A stretch of 64,000 nucleotides of DNA. It comes from Octopus sinensis (lineage: Eukaryota). Location: NCBI RefSeq assembly GCF_006345805.1, contig NC_043003.1, positions 33,170,001-33,234,000 on the forward strand. Direction: 5' to 3'. A program made the position numbers and the translations under genes. A model generated the notes under the pieces. It was not told the DNA's origin and did no database searches. It worked only from the letters and a program-made list of their open reading frames with translations. Of the stretch, positions 1 to 13,194 are shown piece after piece. Positions within the stretch are counted from its first letter, which is position 1. The number at the start of each line of letters is the position of its first letter.

Positions 1-239
1 CCCCAAAACTACTGGCCTTGTGCCAAAATTTGAAACCAGTATCTAGCTTGACATAGAAATAAACATTAATATAAACTGGATTGGAATAAAAATTCGCACT
101 CTTTTACGTTCGTGGCATTTATACACGTGATTGATTTCGTTTCTCTTTTGAAGAAACAATTGACATACATATATTTTCTGAACGGTGACATTTCAACGTT
201 TTGTTTTATCCCATTGCTGTGTGGATAGTTTATTTCTAC

Positions 240-404
240 TGCACCTCATGTAGTCGAGCAAATCGACCCCGGGACTTACTCTTTGTAAGCCCAGTACTTA
301 TTCTATCGGTCTGTTTTGCCGAACGGCTAAGTTACGGGGATGTAAACACACCAGCGTTGGTTGTTAAGCAATGCTAGGGGGACAATCACAAACACACAAA
401 CACG

Positions 405-456
<52 letters not shown>

Positions 457-621
457 TACGACAGGCTTCTTTCAGTTTTCGTCTACCAAATCCACTCACA
501 AGGCATTGGTCGTCCCGGCGCTATAGCAGAAGACACTTGCCCAAGATGCCATGCAGTGGAACTGAACCCGGAACCATGTGGTTGGTTAGCAAGCTACTTA
601 ACACACAGCCACTCCTGCGCC
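240..621 (-). mobile_element. tRNA-derived SINE, family A, near full length with internal (AT)n
   Basis: The minus strand begins ggcgcaggagtggctgtgtgttaag...ggttccgggttcagttccactgc (A-box and B-box like), followed by a body shared with copies at 1770, 3395, 60646, 62385 and 63490. Confidence 0.8.
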
Positions 622-686
622 TATTGTTCATTTTGAATTGATAAAAGGCGTTTTTTTTCTAATTTTATACATATATATAGTCATGG

Positions 687-1710
687 GATAAAAGAAAAGC
701 AACCAAATTATCCAGTCATATAGGGTCCTTAAAAGAAAAAGGTGTCAATTACAACATCCATTGGAAGATCTAAGCCAAATGTAAGCCTTACACCAACGGC
801 AGTGGAAAGTGCGGTCTTTGTGATATGGAAAGATGGCTCATCTGGAAAAGCAGCTTAGACCCCGCTACATGTCTAAATTCAAGAACTGATCTTTTTGGAT
901 CGTATCCATATATGGCTAAATATTTGTAACGTTTTTGGTTCCCCCAAGACCATAGATAGAACCTGATTTTTATATTGTGTCCACGTACAAGCATTTTTTT
1001 AAAATTTAAATTTTTTTTACATATTTTTATGCATATTTTTATATATTTTATTGCTTTAGATATATTTTTACATATTTTTTCTGTATAATACATTTCATCC
1101 TGAATGATTTTTTGTTCATGTGCGTATATAGACGTGTATATGAACATATTCGTGCGCGTATGGGTGTATATACGTGTATGTGTGAGCGTGTGAGAGGGTA
1201 AGAATGTGTGTACATGTGCATGGTTGCATATATATATATATGGGTGTGCATGCATGTGTTTCACGCGAGTGTGAGTGAGCATATGCATATATAGCATATG
1301 CGTATATAGACGTGTTTATGAATATAACTGTGCGCGTATGGGTATGTCTATGTGTGTACGTGTACGTGTGTGTACTTGTGTGCTTATATGTATATGTGTA
1401 CATGTGTATGGTTGCATATATATGTGTACATATAGGCGTGTGTGGGGTGTGCATCTGTGTGCTTCGCGCGAGTGTGAGTGAGCATATGTATATAGGCACA
1501 TATACATTGTTGTGCGTGCGTGTATGTGTATTCATGTACATGCACGCATACACGAATTCTGTGAGCGTTTTTTACTTTCTTCCCTTCCGTTTTTTCACTT
1601 TATTTAACGGTCATTTTCGTAGAATTTTTGTTTGTCTTAATAACTGACGTGATGTCGGAGAAGATTTCCGCCCCGACATCCGAAACTCGGAGTTTCATTA
1701 TAGCAACCGA
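687..1710 (+). mobile_element. Degenerate 3' end of a Penelope-like element (GIY-YIG C-terminus, long 3' UTR, decayed hammerhead)
   Basis: 687-929 translates DKRKATKLSSHIGSLKEKGVNYNIHWKI*AKCKPYTNGSGKCGLCDMERWLIWKSSLDPATCLNSRTDLF, which is the PLE C-terminal pattern and parallels the 20667-20920 copy. A GT/AC-rich UTR like that of the 18-23 kb element follows, then an HHR-like motif at 1638-1700. Confidence 0.75.
1638..1700 (+). ncRNA. Degenerate type-I hammerhead motif, probably inactive
   Basis: CTGACGT (A9 altered), an 8-bp helix II GATGTCGG/CCGACATC, C-GAAA, a near-palindromic helix III AACTCGGAGTT, and helix I TAATAA/TCATTA with one mismatch. Confidence 0.5.
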
Positions 1711-1769
1711 ATAATTGTCACATATTATATTACAGATATATATATGTGTGTATGTGTGTGTGCGTGCTT

Positions 1770-1962
1770 GTGTGTATCTGTCCCCAAACTCACGCTTGAC
1801 AACCGATGTTGGTGTGTTCACGTCCCAGTAAATTAGCGGTTCGGCAAAAGAGACCGATAGAATAAGTACTAGGCTTACAAAGAATAAGTCTTTAGCTCGA
1901 TTTGTTCGACTAAAGGCGATGCTCCAGTGTAGCCGCAGTCAAATGACAAACAAATAAATGAA
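1770..1962 (+). mobile_element. SINE family A, 3' half
   Basis: ttagcggttcggcaaaagagaccgatagaataagtact...cgactaaaggcgatgctccag...gccgcagtcaaatgac is homologous to the 3' part of the copy at 240-621. Confidence 0.8.
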
Positions 1963-1974
1963 TATATATGTATT

Positions 1975-2527
1975 TTTTTTCTACTCTAGGCACAAGACCC
2001 GAAATTTTTTGGGAGGATGCCAGTCGATCAGATCGACCCCAGTACGCAACTGGTACTTAATTTATCGGCATGTAAAGCATACATGACCTCGGCTGAATTT
2101 GAACTCAGAACGTAAAGACAGATGAATTACCTATTTCTTTACTATCCACAAGGAGCTAAACACAGAGAGGACAAACGGATTAGGTCGATTATATTGACCC
2201 CAGTCCGTAACTGGTACTTATTTAATGAAAGGATAAAAGGCAAAGTCGACCTCGGCAGAATTTGAACTCAGAACATAGCGGCAGACGAAATACCTATTTC
2301 TTTACTACCCACAAGGGGCTAATCATAGAGGGGACAAACAAGGACAGACAAACAGATGAAGGCGATTACATCGACCCCAGTGCGTAACTGTACTTAATTT
2401 ACCGACCCCGAAAGGATGAAAGGCTAAGTTGACCTCGGCAGAATTTGAACTCAGAAGGTAAAGACAGACGAAATATGGTTACGCATTTCGTCCGGCGTGC
2501 TAACGTTTCTGCCAGCTCGCCACCTTA
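1975..2527 (-). mobile_element. Family B SINE ('OK'-type octopus repeat), three tandem units
   Basis: The head ggcgagctggcagaaacgttagcacgccgg is at ~2525, and the internal unit tcgaccccagt..actggtactta..gacctcggc..aatttgaactcagaac occurs three times. Confidence 0.8.
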
Positions 2528-2843
2528 ATATATGTATATTATATATACACATGTGTCTTCGTATGTATGTATGTATGTATGTATGTATGTATGTATGTAT
2601 GTATGTATGTATGTATGTATGTATGTATGTATGCATGTGTGTATATAATAAGCCAAAACAAAAGAAGTTCGAGAATATAAGTTTTTCCCATTCTTTGACA
2701 CCTGTTTTGTTATGTTTATCCACTGACACCGAATCTTTCAATGCACAAATAAGTATATAGATGCGAAAACATTAATATATTGATAGAATTGTGCTGCAAG
2801 GAATTAAATTCTCTCTCTCTGTCTCTCTGTATATATATATATA

Positions 2844-2895
<52 letters not shown>

Positions 2896-2984
2896 ATAAG
2901 TAGATACATAGATACATATATAATATATAATTGTATACATACATATATATGTATACATATATATATATGTGTGTGTGTGTGTGT

Positions 2985-3295
2985 GGAGGCGCAATGGCCC
3001 AGTGCTTAGGGCAGCGTTCGTAGGATCGCGCTTTCGATTCCCAGACCGGGCGTTGTGAGTGTTTATTGGGCGAAAACTCCTAAAGCTCCACGAGGCTCCG
3101 ACAGGGAGTGGTGGTGATCAGTGCTGTACACTTTCGCCACAACTTTCTCTCACTATTTCTTCCGTTGGCTGGCTCGCTTAGCCAGGGGGGGGGGCGTCAT
3201 TGGAAGTCTAAAACAATGCGAAGCGCATTGTGACCAGCGATGTGTAGCAACATCTGATATCCTGGTCGGTCACGGTGATCACGCTAACATATATA
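2985..3295 (+). mobile_element. tRNA-derived SINE, family C (tail type 1)
   Basis: The head ggaggcgcaatggcccagtg...tttcgattcccagaccgggcg and the body to ~3160 are shared with the copy at 30901. Confidence 0.75.
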
Positions 3296-3394
3296 TATAT
3301 TAAGTATTGGTGTATTTTATCTTTAATCTTTTACTTGTTGCAACCATAAGACAACGAATTATTAGTCGAGTGAATCGAAGCCAGTACTTATATT

Positions 3395-3565
3395 TTGTTA
3401 TATATGCGACGGGATTCTTTCAGTTTCGGTCTACCAAATTTGCTCAAAACGTTTGGTCGGCCCGAGGCTATTTTAGAAGTCACTTGCCCAACATACAACA
3501 CAGACAAGCTGAACTAGCAACCATCTGGCTGGGGAGCAAGCTTCTTACTTCACAGCCACGCCAGT
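3395..3565 (-). mobile_element. SINE family A, 5' head (diverged)
   Basis: cagtttcggtctaccaaatt...cacttgcccaa...agcaagcttcttacttcacagccacgcc matches the family A head in reverse. Confidence 0.65.
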
Positions 3566-3615
3566 AAAATATACTTATATATGTATATGCATATATATAT
3601 ATATATAAATATATA

Positions 3616-3681
<66 letters not shown>

Positions 3682-3732
3682 GGTGTGTGTGGTGTGTGTG
3701 TGTGTGTGTGTGAGTGTGAGGTACTGTGTCAA

Positions 3733-3962
3733 TTGAGGCGGCGAGCTGGCAGAAACTTTAGCGCACCGGGCGAAATGTTTAGCGGTATTTCGTATGTCAC
3801 GTTCTGAGTTCAAATTCCGCCGAGGTCGACTTCGCCTTTCATCCTTTCGGTGTCGATAAATAAAATACCAGTTACGCAATGGGGCCGATGTAATCGACTT
3901 AATCTATTTGTCTGTCCTTGTTTGTCCCCTCTATGTTTATCCCCTTATGGGCATTAAAGAAA
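3733..3962 (+). mobile_element. Family B ('OK'-type) SINE, full length
   Basis: ggcggcgagctggcagaaac...ttctgagttcaaattccgccgaggtcgac...taccagttacgc...gggcattaaagaaa. Confidence 0.85.
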
Positions 3963-4783
3963 CACACATATATATATATATATGTATGTACATGCATTGA
4001 CATATGGACATACTCACAGACACAATGGACAAAAGCTGTACCCCCCTCCCCACACACACACAACATACACACACACACACAGACGTATTTTTATGTACAA
4101 AACATAACAATCAGTCCTTAGATGGTCTGTCTTTGCAACAAACAGAAAGAATAGACATTCCTTAATATCCCTTCTTTCATTGCACCCTGATTTCATTTCC
4201 ATTTTTTTACCATCCCGTGTTTTTCCTAGGAATTTATCTACATCCATCATTCTACCATATTCGTTTTCCTCTTTTCCATCCCCTTTATTCTACAATTTAT
4301 TGATAATCTTCTGCTCCTCCCAACTCTCTCTCTCTCTTCCTAAAGCCGTTCATCTGAACGATCCAATTTTTATCTATTGAGTCGGAATATCGTTTTATTT
4401 ATTAAAAGTTTTGTTTGTATTTAACGCCTTCGTTTGTTACGTTTATGTGTGCTCGAGCGTACGCACATACACACACACACGAGAACATACACATATATAC
4501 ATAAACACGCATATATAGACATGCTCTCATACCCACAAGCATTAACGAAGATACATATGCACTGGCACTCGATATCTGTCTACCTCTCACCACACAAATG
4601 TATACACATATTCATATAGTTGTGTATATATGTATGTATATATATATACGTATATATATATGTATATATATATATGTATGTATATATATATATATATATA
4701 TTAATGTGTGTATATACCAATAAAAAGACAAAGAAAAATCTTTAACACACACAACACACACATACATATATATGTATAGATAG

Positions 4784-4842
<59 letters not shown>

Positions 4843-4970
4843 CGCTCACACATGCATTATGCCTAAACACAAGGTATATATATATGTTCACACACGTGTA
4901 CACACACACACATATATTATATATATACATGTATTATATATATACACACAGACGCATATATACATCCACA

Positions 4971-5019
<49 letters not shown>

Positions 5020-5253
5020 TATATACATACACACACACACACATATATATATATGCGTGTGTGTATGTATGCATAAGAATATTGTGTTGATATCTGTATA
5101 TATATGTGCCTGTGTGAGTAAGTATATGTCCGCAAACATGTTTGTACTCCCAGTCTTCAATTGTTTTGTCTTAGATCTGTGTCTTATATATTTGTTTTTA
5201 AATTTTTGTTTCAATTATATATACAAGCACATATAGCCATATGTATATGTATG

Positions 5254-5345
<92 letters not shown>

Positions 5346-6153
5346 ATATATTATACTCATAGATATGTATGTATAATTTTAAATTTTGCTTCATTTCTTG
5401 TTGTTTCTCAATTCTTCCTTTAACATCAACATTCTGAGAGACCATTTTCTGTTCACTGTATTTATTTATTTATATATTTACTAAATTATTGTACTATTGT
5501 TGTTTTCTTTTGGGAGTTGTTGATGATGTTATTGCTATTATTGTATTTCTCTTTATTCTCCCTCTCTTCCTCTTCTTCTTCTTTTTCTTCTTCTTCTTCT
5601 TCTTCTTTTTCTTTTTCTTCCGCATTTCCTTCTTCATCTTCTCCATCTCCTTCTCCTCTTCCTCCTCCTGTTTCTTCCTCTCCAGCTTCCTCTCATCCTT
5701 TTGCTTTTATTTTCTTTGTCTCTCACCACACCTCTCTCTCCTCCCTCTTTTCACTTCGTTGTTGCCAATTTATAAAGCTAATGTGAATTTTACCTTCCGG
5801 GAACCACTACGCATTTCCTCAATCCGTCGTCAATGTATTTTTCTTGCCTAATATTTTACACTGTTTGTACCAACCCACTTCATACTTCATCTCTATTCTT
5901 TCAATGTTTCTCTATTTCCCTCTCTCTCACGTTCACGCTCTTTCGTTCCATCTTACACACACTTTCTCTCTCACTGATTCTCAGAACACACTTTCCCTCA
6001 CTCTATCTTATACACTTTCTCTCGCTCTCATTTTCTCATATCGTTTTCTTGTTTCTCCTTATTATCTCTGTCTATCACTCATTTATTCACACTCAACTTG
6101 CTTTCATACAACACAAACTATCATTAATTTTTTCCCCCTTACAAATACATATG

Positions 6154-6220
<67 letters not shown>

Positions 6221-6372
6221 GTATATACAAACACATATCGATAAATATACCCTTATATATATATATATATATATACGTAATTGCCTGTTTCTCTCATTCT
6301 CTTTCCCCACGTATGCTCACAAATATACATGGTATCTATGTACATTCATGCATACATACATTCCTTCATACA

Positions 6373-6413
<41 letters not shown>

Positions 6414-6496
6414 GTACATATATATATATGTATGTATATATATATATAGTTATATATATATATATATAGTTTTTTATATATATATATATATATAGT

Positions 6497-6528
<32 letters not shown>

Positions 6529-6713
6529 ATATATATATGTGTGTATGTATGTATGTATGTATGTATATAAGAATATTTATGCGAAACCTTGTGTGTATGT
6601 GAATGTGTGAATTTCTCTATGCCTCATTTTCTGAGACGTATATAGAAAGAAGAAAGCACAAATTCAAATTTAGAGGCGAGTTAAAACACGCATACATACA
6701 AACAAGCACCGTT

Positions 6714-6779
<66 letters not shown>

Positions 6780-7363
6780 CGGTGTGGATGTGTAAGAATG
6801 CATACATATATGTGTGCGTTACTTGGTATAGGCGTGTATACATTAGTACATAATGTTTTCCCTTCTCTCTATATATGTCTTTCCTTTCACTTTTCCTAAA
6901 TCTTTGTCATTCTCTCAATCTATTTCCTTCCTATCTTCGTCTCTGGTGTCTCTCTATAACGCAGTATTTAGCGCTCTTTTACTCACGCTCTCTTTCTCTC
7001 TCTTTATCTCTCTCTCTCTCACCCCAATTCCACCTACACACTATCACTCTAAGTTTCACCGCATATTTTCTTTCACAATATCCACCGCGTTTCACACATT
7101 TATAATCAACTTCCTCTTTTTCATACACCTCTCTAATTCTAAATTGCCTTTGTCTTTCTTTCATATCATCATTTTCTCTTTCTGTCTCTCTGTATCTCTC
7201 TCGCTCTTATTCTCTCTTTCTCTCTCCGTCCCTCCTGCCACATCTCTCTTCATTTTATCTACATTTCAATTTATCTTTCTGTATAACCTCATGTGTATAT
7301 ATTCGAAATGCCTTTATCTGAATAATCGAGGGAAAAATTAGTTCAACTGAAAAGTTGCGTCTT

Positions 7364-7378
7364 CTGCCCTCTGGTGGC
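7364..7378 (-). promoter_or_regulatory. Candidate CTCF-binding motif
   Basis: The minus strand reads GCCACCAGAGGGCAG, which matches the bilaterian CTCF core consensus. It lies in a short unique island between low-complexity tracts. Sequence match only. Confidence 0.35.
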
Positions 7379-7664
7379 GGATAAGATGAAACAGCATCGA
7401 CAATAGAAATGAGAAACATTTCACTAACTGGGAATTTTGTTCTGTTTTGTAACAGTGAAAATGGAGGTGGGCAAATAATAAGGGAGGTAAATAGAAGGAA
7501 GTGAGGGAAGATGGTTGGGAGGAAAATGGAAGGGGTATAGACAAAGTAGTGAGTGAAAGACGACGAAAGAGAGAGAGAGAGAGAGGGGGGGATAGCGGGG
7601 TGTTGAGGGGAAGGTGTAGGGTTTTTTTACAACATAATACATCCGTTGCAATAGAATAAGGAAG

Positions 7665-8126
7665 GTGTCGATTATGGCGATAATATTAACAACAACAACA
7701 ACGACAATAATGATAATAATAGCGATAATAATAACAATAACAACAGCAATAATAATAATAATGATAATAACAATAAAAGCAACAACAACAACAACAATAA
7801 TAATAATAAAAAATAAACATAGCAACAATAAAAACAACACCACTAACACCATTAACAACAGCAACAACAACAACAACAAGAGAAACAGCAACAACTAAAA
7901 AACAAAGGAAACAACAACGGTAGTAATGAAAATAGCAATTAAAATAGAAATAGCAATGAAAATATTAAAATTGATTATTATAGTGACAGTGGTTGTCTTG
8001 ACGATAATGCGATAATGCTGGTGATTTATATTAATATTACTACTATTATTATCATTATTGTTGTTATTATTATTTTTATTATTATTATTATCATTATTAT
8101 TATTATCATTATTATTATCATTATTA

Positions 8127-8187
<61 letters not shown>

Positions 8188-8414
8188 CATCATTATTATT
8201 ATTATTATTAGTGGTGGTAGTAGTAGTAGTGGTATTGTTAATATTATTATTGTTATCGTCATCATCGTCATCATCATAGCCATCATCATTATCATCATTC
8301 TCCTCCTCCTCCTCCTCATCATCATCATCAACATCATTATCATCATTATTATTATTATTAAGATGGAGGAGGATGGCAACGATGAGGGGTAGAATCACGT
8401 CGCATTTGTAAGTG

Positions 8415-8450
<36 letters not shown>

Positions 8451-8746
8451 ACATCATCATCAGCAACATCATCATCATCATCATCATCAACAGTAGCAGC
8501 AGCGGCAAAAGCTGCAGTATCAGCAGCAGTACCATGATAATTATGAGTATAATTCTTATTAATATTGTTATTTTCCTTGCTGCATGCTGTTGCTAGTTTT
8601 TAACTTTTTACATTATCATTAGCGTTATTAAATCTTCTTCTTCTTCTTCTTCTTCTTCTTCTTCTTCTTCTTCTTCTTCTTCTTCTTCTTCTTCTTCTTC
8701 TTCTTCTTCTTCTTCTTCTTCGTCTTCTTGATGTTGCTGTTGATGA

Positions 8747-8814
<68 letters not shown>

Positions 8815-8859
8815 TCATCAGCAGCATTGTCATCGTTATTATCATCATCATCATCATCA

Positions 8860-8906
<47 letters not shown>

Positions 8907-8970
8907 ATTGTTATTATTATTAATATTATTATTATTATTATTATTATTATCATCATCATCATCATCATCA

Positions 8971-9041
<71 letters not shown>

Positions 9042-10320
9042 ATTGTTGTTGTCTTGTTGTTGCTGCTGCTGCCACCGCTGCTGCAGCTACCACTACTTCT
9101 ATTGCTAGCAATAGTATTGGCATGATAATACCGATGATCTAGAATATCAAGATGGCAAAGTGATGATGATGATGATGATGATGATGTGGAGCAGAAGGAG
9201 GAGAAGAAGGAATAGGAGGGGGGATGAGGCGTGTGGTGATGATCAACGACAATTATAGAATGATAATAGAAACATTAGGTTATAGAATTCTTGTACGATA
9301 CCAAGTGTATTAAATTATTAAGTTATCGCTAAAATATAAATAAAATTGGACTGCCGTTTTGGCAGCTTAAAACATTAAGTTTAGAGAAAATTTATTAATT
9401 CATTTATTACTACAACATTTTTGCTGTTGTTTTTGTTGTTATTGTTGCTCCAAATTTTTGTTTCGATAATCTACTGGAACAGCTCAACTTCCGATGTTAA
9501 ATTGTTTCCCTTGAGAAAAAGGTATCAACTTTATTCAATGGCTTTCTGTTTTGTATTGCTATTTTTTTTATCTCTTCCATTCAAGTTTTGTTAGAAATTA
9601 TAATTTGATTACTAATTTTGAATTCGTCTGGAGTCTAATTTAGCTTTCATCTCTCTAAGATTGATCGATTAGATACCAGTAATTTACTATGAGAATAAAT
9701 ACGGATCTGCTCTAACGAGTCATAATGGGGAGTTCTTTCTGCTTTTTTTTCTTCTTAAAAGAACTGTAGCAAATAAAAGTAATCGAAGAAATGACAAAGC
9801 TGCAATCGTTCTTGGTCGTGAACTTCTTCATATTTATCATCGTCGCGGTACATATTCATTTTGCTCCACCTTGTCTTTGTCAACCCCATCTTCCTCCCCC
9901 ACTCCTCCTTTTCCTCCTCATCATCATTATAATCATCATGAACCCCATCCTCATTCCCGTCCTCATTAACGTCGTCAATTTCTACTTTCACATCGTCATC
10001 ATCGTGGCCGATACCAATGATCATCACCATCACTCTCGGATATAACGATCATAAGGATGATGATGATGATGACAATGATGACGATGACGATGATGATGAT
10101 AATCATGCATCATCATCATCGTCATCATCGCTGGCGTCGTTTCCCCACATCCACCATTCTGCCATATACGCCGTCATCGTCGCTGTCTTTGCTATCATAA
10201 TCATCGGCGTCATCTCATCGTCATCATCGTTACCCCTACTTCTGCACCGCTACAATCCCCCTCTTCCTCCTCCTCCTCCACATCATCATCATCATCAACA
10301 TCATCATCACCACCACCACC

Positions 10321-10354
<34 letters not shown>

Positions 10355-11160
10355 ATGTTATTCGTCAAAAGGAATTACTTCATTTATTTAGTGAAACCAC
10401 AATTTACGTGATTACCATCACTGATATGTTACAACCAAGAAGAAAATCAAGTGTAACGACGAATAGTAGATAATACCGGTGACATGAGGACGACTTTTAA
10501 AGGATAGGAATTATTGTTGCTCGATTCAACCTCAGTATATTGTTGATGCTTTGAGATGGAATAATATCATGCAAAATGAACACAATCAGGGTGAATTCTA
10601 CTTATATCTGAGCCAAGGGGGCAAGCTTCGACGCAATAGTTCGATTGTTGAGGCAAGGTCTAATATCGTAAAAAAACATAAATAAAGAAGGTCATATTGG
10701 ATAATGTGGTAGACAATGTGTCGTTCTTGAAAATAGATCTATCGGTTCGTAGCTTGATTGCATTTGGTATAATAGAACGGCTACTTCGTGCGGGATGACA
10801 TAAAAATAAACAAGAACATTAAAAAATTAATATCATCATCGTCATCAACAGCGTCATCATCTTCTGCGTCGTTGTCGTCGACATCCTACTCCTCCTTCAC
10901 TTCCTCATTATCATTATCATCATTCGTTGTCATCATCATTCGTTGTCATCATCATCATCGTCATCATCATCATCATCATCAACGTCATCCTCATCGTCAT
11001 CATCATCATCATCGTTATCATCATTATCGTGGTCATCATCGTCGTCATCAACATCATAATCGACGACATCGTTTTCCTCATCGTCCTCATCATCTCTATC
11101 ATCCTCTGCATCGTCATCGCCGCTTCATCATCATCACCGTCAACACCACCACCACTATTT
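7665..11160. repeat. Compound trinucleotide microsatellite field (AAC, AAT, ATC, TTC, ACT, CTG, ACC)
   Basis: Long pure and mixed triplet runs are directly visible. They explain the poly-I/L/N/H/R ORFs in the track. Confidence 0.95.
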
Positions 11161-12944
11161 TCATGAACGTCTGGGATGACACTGGGGCCAAACTATATCG
11201 AACCAAATTCATTGATGTGGAGAGGGGAGATTTCATAAATGAGCAACTGCAAACCTTGTTCAAAATATGTTGCATCTTATCTAGGCCTGCACCTACATGT
11301 GCAGTTACACGCTCAGTGTTGTCTGAAGGATGCAATATAGTTTACAGATTTCAGAGATAGAAAGTTCAAGTTTTGCGGAATGTTTACTTCATTATATATT
11401 TTCAACAGTGCGATGGTTTGACTCTAAAACACTCCTTTCTTTTGCAACAGCATTTGTAAACAAACTCATTTATTTTGTTTTTAGAAGCGTCGAATGTCTA
11501 TCGTATTTACAGAAAATAAAGTAATACTTCAAGCGCAGTATGGCCGTAAAAGCAGCAGAAAGATTGTGTATTTTTACCTTTATAATGTATTTTTACCTTT
11601 ATAAGGTGGCTGTCTGTTGACAGCTTTTTTCTCTTATGACGGTAATAAAACCCAATCTTTCTGCTGTTTTCACGACTATACTATATTCGAAATATTACAT
11701 TCTTGTCTGTACAATACCATTTTCTTTTGTGTAGAACTATGGGCTTTCTTTTTACTTAATGAGTGTATGAGGTCTCTTTTGCAGGAGCCGTGTACTGATG
11801 CAGAAAATGAGAGACATGCTATGAGCATTAGAGGCGTGGTATGAACTCTTGTCAAACAGTCGTTTCTCCTTAAGTCATGCAATGCCGAGCTGGTGTCATT
11901 AAGCTGAGAAACATATCAGCTCTGTCAATCAAGAACAGGCAATATTACCTTAAAAATTACCTCACAGCTTTCGTTTACTTCATTTCATTGTAAATGTTTG
12001 AATCAACTCAAAGCTACGCTAGAAGACATGACACTTTCCCAAGATGTGTGTGCTGGGATTGAAATCACAACAACGTGGATGGGAAATGAACTTCTTGACA
12101 AGACAGTAATTTCTGTGAACATCGTAACTAAACAACCAGGTTTTGCTAGTGTATAATAGTATAAACCTTCATTATATTGCCGATATTTGATTAAACAGCA
12201 CACGATAGATGAATAGCAATGTTCTCCGCAAAGGAAAAAAGAAAACGATCGCTCTACAACGGCATGAAGGATGAAAATATTATGAACAAGAAATCATTCC
12301 ACCAAAGCTTATCGTTGTCCTCTATTGATACTGACAAATGCCAGAAACTGGCGTCATTCATTCAAAGGATAGAATTAAAAATGGAACGAAATGGAGTTGA
12401 ATCTGAAACATTTTAGTTCTATCTCTAATGTATTGAATAAATAGATTCGACTTTGGGCATGTGACTATCAAAGCAGCTTTAAGATAAGAAAACAGGTCTA
12501 AGAACGACGTGTTTCGAAATATTGATTCATTTCGTGGTAAGAGACACTCAGTTTGATGTATTAGGGAATATTGCTGTGAGATAGCGAAACATTTAAGTCC
12601 AAGGCCATTAGGAGTGTAATCGAAATACATTTCCATAATGGAGAATAAAAACCTCGTTGAGATCGTGCCAAAGAAGGGAGCAGCACCTTGGCATGAAGAA
12701 CAAACAATAAAATAAAATGAAATGGTCCCCAAAAGAATGCCAACTATTATTACATTTAAAGGTGCCAATGATAACATTTGTTTCTGTAGTTTAAACTGAC
12801 ATATAATAGGCCTAGATTCTGTTAGCTATAATACTGAATACTATCTACAAATGCATTACAAATAATACAAAATCAGTCAGACATTCCTCGAATATATCCC
12901 TCTCCCCCAAAAGATTATTAAATATTCTTTCTTCTTCTATAGGC

Positions 12945-13135
12945 ACGACGAAAAATTTGCGGAGGAGACTTATAGATTAAATCAACCACAGCGCGTAACT
13001 GGTACATATTTTATCAACCCCGAAATGGTGAAAGGTAAAGATATTTCGACGAAATTTGAGTGCAAAATGTAAAGACAAACGAAATGACAATTAACATTTA
13101 TCGCGGCGTAATAAAGATTGTGACAGCTTGCTGCC
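12945..13135 (-). mobile_element. Family B SINE, strongly diverged
   Basis: gcgtaactggtacatattttatcaaccccgaaatggtgaaagg...gacagcttgctgcc. Confidence 0.6.
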
Positions 13136-13194
13136 TTTTTTTGGACCATTAAATATCAGAGAGCAATTTACGAAGATAAGTCTTTGTGACAACT

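Noticed and set aside
11164-11360. Non-repetitive open frame MNVWDDTGAKLYRTKFIDVERGDF...
   Set aside because: It is short, has no recognisable domain and no convincing splice sites, and is an extension of a microsatellite ORF.
12230-12370. KTIALQRHEG peptide resembling a Tc1 N-terminus
   Set aside because: The match is too short and is not preserved in the duplicate unit at ~14900.
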